64,000 nt of DNA from Amphiscolops sp. MND2022. Its lineage: Eukaryota. Below the pieces are notes generated by a model. It was not told the DNA's origin, did not search any database, and saw only the letters and a program-made list of their open reading frames with translations. The translations under genes were made by a program, and so were the position numbers. Below, piece after piece: positions 38,691 through 51,287 of the stretch. Location of the stretch: assembly GCA_964187785.1 (NCBI GenBank), contig OZ076409.1, positions 40,550,001-40,614,000 of the forward strand, written 5' to 3'. Numbering within the stretch: position 1 is the stretch's first letter; each line of letters begins with the position of its first letter.

Positions 38691-41600
38691 CTAGGTGTAC
38701 ACAGATACATATGTACAATTCGTTTTTAGTAGTGCTGGGCTGGGGAGATACAGTAACTGAAGAGGCGGAGGGCCGAGAAGCCCTTCGTTCCATCTTTCTT
38801 CAGCGACAGAACTGGCATCTCCAGAATCAATTTGGACAGAGACCTTCTCTGGAACAGATTTCGCAATACGGCAGGAAACCAACAAGGACTTGTAAATCTT
38901 CGAGCGCCCAAAGGTGTCAACATATGTCCAAGGATCATACTCTTCGGCAAAAGCGGAACGCCCAAAGGAGGAAGAGAGTAGAGAAAAGCTAGCTAAGTTG
39001 TCATCATTACTGCAGAAGGCCACAGAATCACGAACATTGGCCAGATAACTTTGACAGGGGAGAATGACGTCGGTAAAGCGATTCTGACGCCCCGCGGTAG
39101 TAACTGCACCAAGCGTAACGCCAGGAAAGACTGGACTCACGGAAGTTGCACACAAACAGCACAGCTTGAACAAGTGGAACAGGTGTGCTCGGTCCTGCAA
39201 GAATTCAAGACCAACCAGGAACTCTATCAGATCTGAGGAGGTGCTGGTCAGATCGAAATTGGGGCCATAGGAAGTCCGTAAATGGTCCAGTAGCTGCATG
39301 TACTGGTCCCGGCACAAAGACTCATTGGCGCTGGAGACCCAAGAGCGGAGAGCAAAGGTACTATACAGCATGTCAAAATGCTTCAGAGCAACGTCCATCG
39401 GCCTTTTAAACATGATGAATGGGTCGAAGGCAGCTAACCCTTTCAATATATTGCTCGTCAGCCCAACTCGTTTCAAGATCTCATTGATGAGAAACTGTAC
39501 ATATAGCTGGCTGTCCTTGACGAAGGCTGTCTTTACAGTTTCTGCGGTGGCCTGTATTGCTGGACGCTCGGACTTTTTTCCGAAGTGGATGCATCTGCTC
39601 GAGCCTTGCTTGCAGTCCCCACACGGTTAGACAACTTGAGCTTGACCAGGTACTCATCTACAGGCAAAAAGGTCCCTTCACTGGTATGGAACCGGAGGAG
39701 CATGAACCAGTCATTCTCTAGGGGAACTGTGTCGGGGGTGTAGACCCGGGAGCATAGTAAAATCACGAATCGGCTAACCTCCGCGCAGAGGCAGAATGAG
39801 GCGTCACGCCTGTATTGGAGATTCACAGTGAATCTGGTGACTTATAGAAACACAAAACAGTGTCAAATTACGGAATGTAACCTAATACCATCTCCCTACC
39901 GAAATATACATACAGTCACTGACAAGTTTGCGAAAGAATTCCAGTTTGACGGCAAAGAACTCGTCAAAAATCAAGGACCACTCGAAGCTCTGCACCTGGA
40001 ACAAAAGTCACATTTACTTCGGCACATAAAGTCTGAGGGACAGGCAGGGACTAGAGAAACCCATTTATGACTGAACCTGCCTAACTGAAATGATACAAAT
40101 GGTTTGATGGGAGAATAACCCTATTACGAGATCCTTGACCTTCTTGAAGCGGAGCGTGGGCCGTCAAGTAACGCTGCACAGACTTCCACTCGTCTAGCAA
40201 TTCTTGACAGACAATAGGGAGAGTTTTGACGTCGAGTTGGCAGGTGGTGTTAGCCTATAAATCCACAGGGTCGAATGAATTTCAAATAGTGGATTCTGAG
40301 ACCCACTCCCCCCTTTTTTTTACCATTAGAACCACATGAAAAAGGGAATACACCATTAGATTACTTACCCTAGTGAGTTCTGGATGACGCATCACCCAAT
40401 CTTCAATGAGGGAACCACCCAGCGAGACCATCAGGGCTTGCAACACTGAGAAGAAGTCTATGTGACCAAAGACAGAATAACTCGTCTTCTGCATGAGCCT
40501 TGCTAGTGACAGTTGCTCAAAACGAAAGCAACTCTGAACTCCTTGGGCGAAATACTCGGACTGGTCAATTGTTTTGGCAAATTCAACCAGACATCCCGAG
40601 AATGCGACCATATCGGGCCGTGTGGAGACTGCTGACAGGAATCGAGCAAGTGATCCCAGTTCCCCGGTCGCATCAGTCGCCGGGAGAGAACTTCGGCAGA
40701 CGTAGACTCTACAAAGCTCTAGGTTCTTCCAGAATTTGACTAACATGTATTTGTTGGTGCCAACTGTCTCGAACTCGACTGAGAAACACTGTTGGGAGGA
40801 CACTTGCTCAGCAATGTCATGTAGCGCACAAACGAAGAAATGTTAAAATATGGCCTGAAATGGAACCTAAACCTCAGTACCTGGTGAAGTTTAGAAGAAA
40901 TAGTTTGGCTTAGAAAGCATTACTTACAGTGAGTCGTTCTTCCTCCCAATCGAAATCAGTGACAGTGGCTTGATGATTGGTGAACGATCCCATCCGAGAC
41001 AGAGAATAGGGAGAGTTTTGACGTCGAGTTGGCAGGTGGTGTTAGCCTATAAATCCACAGGGTCGACTGAATTTCAAATAGTGGATTCTGAGACCCACTC
41101 CCCCCTTTTTTACCATTAGAAACACATGAAAAAGGGAATACACCATTAGATTACATACCCTAGTGAGTTCTGGATGACGCATCACCCAATATTCAATGAG
41201 GGAACTACCCAGCGAGACCATCAGGGCTTGCAACACTGTGAAGAAGTCTATGTGACCAAAGACAGAATAACTCGTCTTGTGCATGAGCCTTGCTAGTGAT
41301 AGTTGCTCAAAACGAAAGCAACTCTGAACTCCTTGGGCGAAATACTCGAACATTGGCCAGATAACTTTGACAGGGGAGAATGACGTCGGTAAAGCGATTC
41401 TGACGCCCCGTGGTAGTAACTGCACCAAACGTAACGCCAGGAAAGACTGGACTCAGGGAAGTTGCACACAAACAGCACAGCTTGAGTAAGTAGAACAGGT
41501 GTGCTCGGTCCTGCAAGAATTCAAGACCAACCAGGAAATCTATCAGATCTGAGGAGGTGCTGGTCAGATCGAAATTGGGGCCATAGGAAGTCCGTAAATG

Positions 41601-44600
41601 GTCCAGTAGCTGCATGTACTGGTCCCGGCACAGAGACTCATTGGCGCTGGGGACCCAAGAGCGGAGAGCAAAGGTACTATACAGCATGTCAAAATGCTTC
41701 ACAGCAACGTCCATCGGCCTTTTAAACATGATGAATGGGTCGAAGGCAGCTAACACTTTCACTATATTGCTCGTCAACCCAACTCAATTCAAGATCTCTT
41801 TGATGAGAAACTGTACATATAGCTGGCTGTCCTTGACGAAGGCTGTCTTTACAGTTTCTGCGGTGGCCTGTATGGCTGGACGCTCGGACTTTTTTCCGAA
41901 GTGGATGCCCTCTGCTCGAGCCTTGCTTGCAGTCCCCACACGGTTAGACAACTTGAGCCTGACCAGGTACTCATCTTCAGGCAAAAAGGTCCCTTCACTG
42001 GTCTGGAACCGGAGGAGCATGAACCAGGCATTCTCTAGGGGAACTGTGTTGGGGGTGTAGACCCGGGAGCATAGTAAACTCACGAATCGGCTAACCTCCG
42101 CGCAGAGGTAGAATGAGGCGTCACGCCTGTATTGGAGATTCACAGTGAATCTGGTAACTTATAGAAACACAAAACAGTGTCAAAATACGGAATGTAACCT
42201 AATACCATCTCCCTACCGAAATATACTTACAGTCACTGACAAGTTTGCGAAAGAATTCCAGTTTGACGGCAAAGAACTCGTCAAAAATCAAGGACCACTC
42301 GAAGCTCTGCACCTGGAACAAAAGTCACATTTACTTCGGCACATAAAGTCTGAGGGACGGGCAGGGACTAGAGAAACCCATTTATGACTGAACCTGCCTA
42401 ACTGAAATAATACAAATGGTTTGATGGGAGACTAACCCTATTACGAGATCCTTGACCTTCTTGAAGCGGAGCGTGGGCCGTCAAGTAACGCTGCACAGAC
42501 TTCCACTCGTCTAGCAATTCTTGACAGAGAATAGGGAGAGTTTTGACGTCGAGTTGGCAGGTGGTGTTAGCCTATAAATCCACAGGGTCGAATGAATTTC
42601 AAATAGTGGATTCTGAGATCCACTCCCCCCTTTTTTTTACCATTAGAACCACATGAAAAAGGGAATACACCATTAGATTACTTACCCTAGTGAGTTCTGG
42701 ATGACGCATCACCCAATCTTCAATGAGGGAACCACCCAGCGAGACCATCAGGGCTTGCAACACTGAGAAGAAGTCTCTGTGACCAAAGACAGAATAACTC
42801 GTCTTCTGCATGAGCCTTGCTAGTGACAGTTGCTCAAAACGAAAGCAACTCCGAACTCCTTGGGCGAAATACTCGGACTGGTCAATTGTTTTGGCAAATT
42901 CAACCAGACATCCCGAGAATGCGACCATATCGGGCCGTGTGGAGACTGCTGACAGGAATCGAGCAAGTGATCCCAGTTCCCCGGTCGCATCAGTCGCCGG
43001 GAGAGAACTTCGGCAGACGTAGACTCTACAAAGCTCTAGGTTCTTCCAGAATTTGACTAACATGTATTTGTTGGTGCCAACTGTCTCGAACTCGACTGAG
43101 AAACACTGTTGGGAGGACACTTGCTCAGCAATGTCATGTATCGCACAAACGAAGAAATGTTGAAATATGGCCTGAAATGGAACCTAAACCTCAGTACCTG
43201 GTGAAGTTTAGAAGAAATAGTTTGGCTTAGAAAGCATTACTTACAGTGAGTCGTTCTTCCTCCCAATCGAAATCAGTGACAGTGGCTTGATGATTGGTGA
43301 ACGATCCCATCCGAGACCACAGATTCCTCAGCACCATCAGGTCTCCTTGAGTCTTTGCAAAATCTCCCACGAGACAGAGTTGAGTTTTGGCTCTAGATTC
43401 CGTTGTGACTAGTGCTGTGGTGGAACCCTTGATGTAGTCATCATAAAAAGGGAGTCTTTCTCCAATGTCCACCAGCTCCTCATTGATGAAATGGGGAAGT
43501 TCCTTTGCAAGTTCCATCTTAGTTAGGATCCTCCCGTTGGCTCCTCGAACCCGATGTTGCACCTTACCCGTGATGGGGTCTGTACTTCGCAGGTGCTCAT
43601 ATCGCCAACGCTGGTCGCGACGTAGGTGTCGCTGGGTACGGTGATGCCTGAGAATTTCATATGGGGCTTTGGACTTGATGGAAAAGTTTTTTTTGCAGAT
43701 GTGGCACCAGACCATCAAGGGGTTGTGGACGGGATCAGCGGGTCCCGAGATGAAAGATCTGGTCCAACCTGTTTTCGAGAAGAACTCCTCTCTCATGGGA
43801 ACTCCTCGTCTCGTAAGCCTTCGGTCACTTTTCCGTTTCTTGAACTTAGAGGCGGTACGCGTAATGGGCCGAGCTTGCTCCCTCAACTCCTGTAGAGTAG
43901 TGTCTTGGCTACTGAATTCTGACACGTCGGGCTCGTTCTGCTGTTGGCTGAAGGGAGTTCGGGTTTCGTCTGGATTTTTCGGAGGAACAGTGGTTTTCTT
44001 GAAGGTTATCAAATCCATCTCTGTCGCGCTATCACTCTCCTCTTAGTATGAAGACTCCCCAGTGCCCTCTGAGGACGAGTCAGGTTGACGTGCCGCAGCT
44101 GTTGCTCCTTCTTCGTCGGATTCCGTCTCACTCGAGCCGCTAGGAGACCTTCGCATAGGAGTCTGACATCGGCCCTTGGAGTGGAAATGAGCGGTGCGGG
44201 AAGGTGCAACGGTTGGGAGAACCCCGAACAGCATCTATGACCATCCGCTCCATGGTGGAAAATGACCGATTAAGGGTTTCTTCTGTCGAAACCCTGAGGA
44301 GGTGGTATATCAGGGGCTCAGTGAAGGCAACGGTGGAGTGTCCCACGGGGAGACGTATGGGAGCGGCTTCGTCGAAGTACTCCTTCAGAATTGCCCTGCT
44401 TCGACCAGAAAGGTCTGAAAATCTACTTTGGGTAGGCTGTGGATTGGGAGCGGAATCCTTGCTGGTTCCATGGATTAACACCTCGGAGCTCGTCTCATCC
44501 CCGCCTTCAGTCCCTGACTCAGTGTAGAAGGGATTAAAGCCATATAGGCAACAGGGTTGATCTGACTGGCCTCTTCAATTGCCTTTTCTTCATCACTCTG

Positions 44601-45240
44601 CCCTCCTAAGAAATGGACCTGAGGAGAATCTCCAGGCAAACCTGGCGCGTCACAAATCGATGAGGCGTTCTCGTCGTCCGTTCTGGAATGTACTCCACTG
44701 ATGTTGGCCGATTTAGGGTCAGTTCTGTCCCGCAACTCAGGTAGTTGAGACTCCGACGTGATGATGACGTGTAGTGCCGACTCTAAGGCTGACAAATCAG
44801 CTTGGCAAGTTTCTTCACCTCCCTCAGACGAAATTGAGGTACTTGACCTCCGGATTTCGGGGACATCAGGCGCCACTGGAGTAGCTTCTTCGGCAGGGGG
44901 TACATTGCCATTCGGACCTGAAGTTGAAGTGCCAACTTGCTGTGGAGCGTGCTCTTGCTGCTGCTCTATTTTTCAAACCATAGCTTCCGCATATGCGGTA
45001 ACGTCGGTACTGCTACCCTGGCTGTTAGCTGGACTGTCTTTTTCAATGATTGCTGGTGAATGAACAGGAAGCCGATCAGTACTCTCTACTTGAAGCCCTA
45101 TAGGTTTCGAAAGACGAACCTCCAGAAGTGGCATGGACATTGGCTTGGGACGTGGTTGGTTCAGCAGCGTTCTTTTTCGGAAGATTTTCTAAACGAATGG
45201 GAATGAAACTTAGCGGTGTACTTCCTTGATATGAATCCAT
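38691..45240 (-). pseudogene. Antisense 5-exon accessory gene of element 2 (Zn-finger, hAT-transposase-like). Exons 45240-43245, 43171-42686, 42571-42437, 42312-42231 and 42157 onward; exon 5 is completed in the duplicate copy 39840-~38691
   Basis: Donors GTAAGT, GTAAGT, GTTAGT, GTAAGT; acceptors TTTCAG, TTATAG, TTCCAG, TATAAG. CHIC...HHRTQRH finger. The start MDSYQGSTPL matches element 1's MDSYSGSFPL. Confidence 0.85.
39031..43317. repeat. Internal tandem duplication with partial triplication: 39031-41000, 40998-41348, 41347-43317
   Basis: Near-identical ~1.97-kb copies offset by ~2317 bp. The middle 350 bp is a third copy of the intron-2 region. Confidence 0.92.
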
Positions 45241-46297
45241 TTTACCGCGATTAGAAACCTTCCGGAAGTGTTTGACAAATTCGAATGAAACGTGTTATCA
45301 GGTTTTTAGTGATGGAAACAGGAAGTATATTTTGAACAAATTTGACCTTGATCAAGTTGAATGAGTTCTAAAATGGAAATCCAAACCAACCTGAGTCAGT
45401 AGACATGTCACTGAAGAATTGATCTGCTACATGTTGGTCCAAGTTGGGACGATTACTGGAAGTAGGGGAATTAACCGAATCCGGCAGGAAAGGAAAGGAA
45501 CACTCTGACAGGAAAATGGGTCTGCAACTGAGATGAGGATGGAGAGAAACAAGTGCCTATGGAGCAAATCCAAGTAAAAGAAACAATTGGAATATAAATG
45601 GAATTGAATTGGAATTAAAATTGGGTAAAGAAATTAGAAAAATGGAGTTCGTGGCTGAAGAAGATTACCAGACTAATATTGTGCGGCTATTTACACATTT
45701 AAATTGTGCTTGGAGTCTGCCAGCGACATGTACAAAGTCTTTCATTATTTACAGCTTACTTAGTTACTGGCTGGTTATGTCCGTTTGCCCTGTTTCGTAT
45801 CACCATTTCGTTCAGTTACCATAATTACCCTTAGTTAGAATTTTCGCCATTTTGGATTATTCAGATTTATTATTTTCGCCATCTTTATCATTTATTTTTC
45901 AATTCACCAAAGCTTGATTCTGATTGGTCGAAGCCATTTTGAGAAAGATTTGTTGTCTCGTGCCGTTAATTACCTTCACGCGGCTCACTAATTACCCACT
46001 TGAAATGATGAAAGTTGATATTTACAACTCAAGCGTTGTTCACACTTCTTATAGTGATGATATTGATGAGGGGTAAATACTAAGTTATCAAAGGATGCCG
46101 ACTGGTTATGAAATTCCATTCAGGAAAGTTTACGACGGATCAGGATGATCAACCGAAATTTTAACCGCTAAATTGGCAACTTCGGGGGAAAAAACCTGAC
46201 TCGGCTAAGTTCTCGGATCAGACAATTTCATTCTACCCCAAATTTCATTTCAATTCTGTTGCCCCTATCATTTTCAAAAATAGCGAAAAAAGTCATC
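45241..46297. promoter_or_regulatory. Putative bidirectional internal promoter (element 2)
   Basis: Divergent ATGs at 45240(-) and 46298(+). Shares ordered motifs with 6840-8043. Confidence 0.5.
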
Positions 46298-46349
46298 ATG
46301 AGTAAATACAGCCTCGCGAGAAAACTCTTTGGCCTAGAAGAATCTGACA

Positions 46350-46549
46350 NNNNNNNNNNNNNNNNNNNNNNNNNNNNNNNNNNNNNNNNNNNNNNNNNNN
46401 NNNNNNNNNNNNNNNNNNNNNNNNNNNNNNNNNNNNNNNNNNNNNNNNNNNNNNNNNNNNNNNNNNNNNNNNNNNNNNNNNNNNNNNNNNNNNNNNNNNN
46501 NNNNNNNNNNNNNNNNNNNNNNNNNNNNNNNNNNNNNNNNNNNNNNNNN
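46350..46549. other. Assembly gap (200 N)
   Basis: Run of N. Confidence 1.
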
Positions 46550-48811
46550 CGGCTTGAAGAATTCTACTAGGTAGTAAAGGACATTGGAAGTTTGAAAGGT
46601 TTATTGATTATCAAAAAACGGATCAGAAGACCAAAATTTCGCAAAAAATTTAAACTGAAATCAATTTCGAAATCACCAGTCTTTATACTTTCACTCGCAA
46701 GAGCGGGGGAAATTGCACACAACCTTTACGCCTCGTTCAACCCGGCGTCAGTCCAAGGCAGGGAAACCGGAAGTTCAGTTCCGCTTTGTCGAACTCAGAC
46801 TCTCAGTTTGTTCATGCTTTCCAAGGAAAGCAAGCTTCCACTTCCTGTCTGACTTGCGACTGCGCTTCCCTTTGCTTCAATTCCCGCTTTTTTGAGACGC
46901 CGAAGCTGAACTTGGCAATGAAAGTATACGGATGAAACACAAAATTACAGCTGACAAAGAATAAATGAAAACAAAAAGAGTGACACTCAAATTCACAGAG
47001 GAAGAAAATCTTCAATTCACTGCACAAAATGAAGCTTAAGTCGAAACACTGGATTTTAAATCGTTAAATGATAAAATCAAGAAGTGATGAAACCCCGGTC
47101 GTATGCCGTGGTCTGGGACGTTTAATAAATTAAACCTTGTTTACATGAAAAATGGTACTATAAACTGCATGTAAATAACGACTGTCCTTTACAGACACTC
47201 TTATTAAACCTTACTTCGTCCGTTAGAAAGAAAACAAAATCATTCGTATCACCAACATTATCCATTCCTACAATGGAATAAATTTTATTTGGCCTGGAGA
47301 CGTGTTACATGATTACTGCACTTTTCACAGTGTAATTGTATTATTCGCAACAGTTACATATTCTACGTCGTTTAAACGATTGGTTGAACGTAAAATTAAT
47401 TTACATGTAATCGGTAGCAACGCATTAAGGATTGAATTGGAGTGAATTAAGTATAGCTAGCTGAGGCCGCTTGCCAGGCCGGCGTCTCGCTGTTCTCATT
47501 TGGGGCAACCTACCAGGCCGCGGTGTGGCTGTTAGATTTCTCAGGCTGTTCGCCAGGCCACGTGTTTCCCGTTATTATTAACTATATAGCACTGTATTAA
47601 TTACCATTAACTGCATATCTTCCTAATGGTTGGTACGTTATGTGTTTGTATGTGTATGTATATAAACATTTATATAATTGTATACCAATATAGAATTTTG
47701 GTGTGTGAGTCTTTTTGATTACTATATTATTTTAGCGCCGTAATTTTTGGGTTATAAGTAGAAATATAGCTCAAAGAACAGTCACTTATTGATTGTTTTA
47801 GGTGTTGTTTCTTCAGTTGTTTTCCTTTCCTATATTTCCCATTTTGTGCTCCGTAGCATGGGTATTTCGTATTACACTGTTCACAGCTCAGCTGGGGCTT
47901 TGACAGTAGCATCTATGAGGCCCAAAAAAATGAGGTCCGAAGCTACTGTAATTAGAGGGATTATATTCATCACTGAATTTTAGATCTTGTTCCCCCTTGC
48001 TAAACAATAAGATTGACTGTTAACTGTATTTAATAATGGCGATCAGGAATGATCTCAGAAATTTCGGAAATTTACCTGATTTCTTCGAATTCGAATTTTT
48101 GCAAAAAATAAATTCAAAGTTTTCCTTCGGAAAAAAACTATCAGAATTTGATGATTCGTCAGCAATTCGAATCGAGATGCTCAAAACAACATTTACTAAC
48201 TGATTGTTTCTGACTATTTTGAACGAGTTTTGCGACTTAAAAAAGTTTGACATTTCAACGTATCAAAACACTTGATTTTGATATTCCGCTCTCAAAGTGG
48301 TTCCCTTGAAAAACAGTTCAAAACTTTAAATACGACAATGATTCTGATTTTTGAAACCTGAAAACTTTCAAAATTGCGTTTCTCAACAGTTTGCGAGCAA
48401 AAAACATTTTACACTAACAAAATTTCCGGATTTGTTTGCCACACTGTCACTCTTATACTATTTGTTTACGTCATATTGTAACGTCTGTGCTTACAAAATT
48501 TAAAGCATTGCCCACAAAAACCTTCAATAATTCGCGGGTATTTTGGGTTTAAAATCCTTGATGTTACTTTGAAAACCCGCCAACTTGTAAAGAAATCATA
48601 ATAAATACTTGAAGATTTAGTGAAGTAGCATGAAAAGTTTGAGCTTGAAATTTTTTTGGTACATATGCCAAACTATTACAGTGACTAGTTTTGTTTCGTA
48701 CGACCACAAACTGTAGGCGAATAGTCCATTTTTTCAACAGAGTTTATTCTCGCCGCGAGTAGACGGCCGTCGGTTCGATGCCTACGAAGGACTGAATATT
48801 TTTGTTTGCAA

Positions 48812-49250
48812 ACCCTGATTGCAACTGCTTGAACTTTTTACAAGTTTTTGTAGGCTACCAAGCTAATTTTTCATGATTTTATAAAATTCTCAAGGAAACG
48901 TCCATGCATAAAAACTTCACTAATGCAACCTAATTCCGAGCTGCGAAGTTTTGCAGATTTCATCAAGACGCCGTTCTAATTTTGAATGCAACTGAGACCT
49001 TCATCAATTTTACCGCGGTTTCAATGCAAATAATTTTCAGTCACATTATAAGTTTTTAAGTAGCGTCATATTGAGCGTGCTATTTGACTAATGGTGTTTA
49101 CATAAGGTAGTTGCTTGAGAAACTCACGCGTGAAAACAAAGTGATCGCGGTGGTGAAGAAGGTGAAATGTTTTCAGTTTTAATTCAAACAGTGAAAGTTG
49201 CATAGTAATCCTACAAAATGTTGCCATGCCTGGTTCCTGAATATTCCATG
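48812..49250 (+). repeat. Interspersed repeat family E
   Basis: AACTGCTTGAACTTTT...CTGAGACCT...CAGTCACATTAT...ACGCGTGAAAACAAAGTGATCGCGG is shared with 58411-59400. Confidence 0.7.
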
Positions 49251-49264
49251 TTTTTTAAAAAAAA

Positions 49265-49686
49265 ATTAGCCGGCATTTTTTGAAGGTGCCTGTAAAACTT
49301 CGCGGCAACTTTGACTAGCGAATCCTTGATTTGTTTGGATTTTTTCAGCGTTGTACGACTTTGGGTTCGAAATTTTTCATTTCATAAATTGTTCCCCATT
49401 TCGGTTTGTCCATGTTTTCAACGTCCAAAAGGACATTTTTCAAGCCTAGAGGATATAATTTTTGAGTTTTTCGGCCATGTGAGACTTCTTTTCGTAAACT
49501 TTTTCTGTTCAGTCTGATTGTTTTTTGACATTTTTATCGAAAGAAAATCGTTTTTCGAGACCGTAGGTCACCCCGTCTGATATTTTTGCAACACCGGGAT
49601 TTATGAAAACTTCCCAAAAGCCACCCTGAGCATTTGCGCCATTTTGAACCTTAAGCGGGGCGTCGATAATAAATGTTCCCGTCTTG
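49265..49686 (+). mobile_element. Diverged HINE family A copy
   Basis: TTAGCCGGCA start and GGCGTCGAT...GTTCCCGTCTTG end. Confidence 0.45.
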
Positions 49687-51092
49687 ATTATCTTGTGATA
49701 TATTCTTGACATCGTGATTTTATCAATGTGAAAGAACTTCAGGTCTGTATAATGTTACTCAATGCTAATTTGCTGTTTATAGAGACAACCTTGCAAGTTT
49801 TCGACAATTTGAGTCAATGTTTTCGATTTTGAATTGAATTGATTTTTAATTTCTGATAGTAATTTTCATCAGGATAAAAAGACATCAAAACTATGCATTT
49901 ATTTTGATCATCTAGTCAATCAACATACAGTTTGGTCATACATGTAGTAGCATCAGGGTCAACAAACAAATATCTAAGGTTTGTTTTTCAAATAATCATG
50001 TTATGATCAAAGAAACAACTGCACGTTAAACTGCAGCAAGACAAGGAGAACTCTATTTCATATCTAGGAAGCAATTTTGAACATCGATTTTGTGAATAGT
50101 TACAATATACATGTATTGCAAAGCCCTCTAAACATTGAAATTTATCAACTACATTATTAGCGGCGGTCCCATGTCTATACAGGCCGGGATGATACTGGGT
50201 GCAATTCTAACCACTAAATTCATGAAATCTCATTCTTCAACAAAATAGGGAATCATTGGGGAAATACAAAAATGAAAAAAAAATGTTTTAACTTCGATCA
50301 CATTTTTGTACTTTTACATTTTTGATATTTGCAATTCAGTTTTTTACTTGTTTGTCGATCGAAACTTGCAACAAAATTATTTAAAGTCAAAATAATTAGG
50401 ATCAATTTATGCAAGATAGAAGATGATTAATTTCAAATAAACTTGAAAACTAAAACTGTCTGCAACATATACCACTCGGCCTTCCTTTTTTTGCTCAAGT
50501 AGTGACACGTCGCTCCCTTCCAAGGAGAGCTTGGTTGGAAGTCTAGGTAGTAAAATGGAGTGACCGTTAAATGTGCTTCCTTTTTGATCTCAGATAAATG
50601 TATCTTATCTTATGTATCTTAGCGAATTTTTTGATACCTAAGTAAATCGACTCGACACAACAATGCATAGTTTTTAGAATTAATAATTTTCAGTTGTTTT
50701 TTTTTCAGAAAGGTGGCAAAAAATTGATGATTCCACAGATTGATAATCAAATAAAGCTCCTTGTTTACACCGATTGCACTGTAAACGTTGCTGGCCAGTT
50801 CACATGAAGTTTCTCAAATTCATCTTGAATCATATTTTCGTTGATCTGATATCTGATCATATAAATTGGTCAATGGTTATGAAGTCTGCAAACCCGACCC
50901 AAATTAAAACCGAGTTTAAACAATCGGAGAACTTTTTAAAAGTAGTTTGATTTTCCAGATGAAAGAAAATCATGACAATCTCGACGCAACTTTTTCAACC
51001 AATAGAAGTGATTCTCTTGTCAAAACTTCAGCTTTATTAAGAGTCGGCCAATCGATGGGACGGTTTTTTGTATGCGATGCAAGGAGGATGTC

Positions 51093-51287
51093 TCATTTGT
51101 CAGACATGCTTTCAGTCAACTCCTGCAGCGTGTGCCATTGCGCAATGGGGCGTCTGGGTGACGCAAGCATGTCACTCCAGTGACGTAACTCCGCGCCCAC
51201 GGCGTTGCACCCCAGAACAATTCCTCCTATCTCCTCGTTACTTCCCATTCTGTCGTAGTCAAGTACTATCACATGGAGCTCAACTCT
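51093..51287 (-). CDS. syt1: Synaptotagmin (Syt1-type) last coding exon, end of the C2B domain
   Basis: After a poly-T CTAG acceptor: [64 protein letters not shown]. Contains the diagnostic DYD and [18 protein letters not shown] motifs. Confidence 0.93.
   Translation of the reverse strand, partial: RVELHVIVLDYDRMGSNEEIGGIVLGCNAVGAELRHWSDMLASPRRPIAQWHTLQELTESMSDK

Larger units (their letters stand above)
30506..46349 (+). mobile_element. Ty3/Gypsy LTR retrotransposon, element 2 (5' LTR, gag, pol, antisense spliced gene, start of ORF3; 3' end lost in gap)
   Basis: TGTC...GACA LTR, gag with two CCHC knuckles, PR-RT-RH-IN order, colinear with element 1. Confidence 0.93.

Noticed and set aside
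38545..46349. Antisense gene as an independently nested DNA transposon
   Set aside because: No TIRs or TSD are visible, and the same position and orientation in two divergent elements argue for inheritance with the retrotransposon.
46550..47700. 3' LTR of element 2 after the gap
   Set aside because: No visible similarity to 30506-32279 and no matching TSD, so it is left unassigned.
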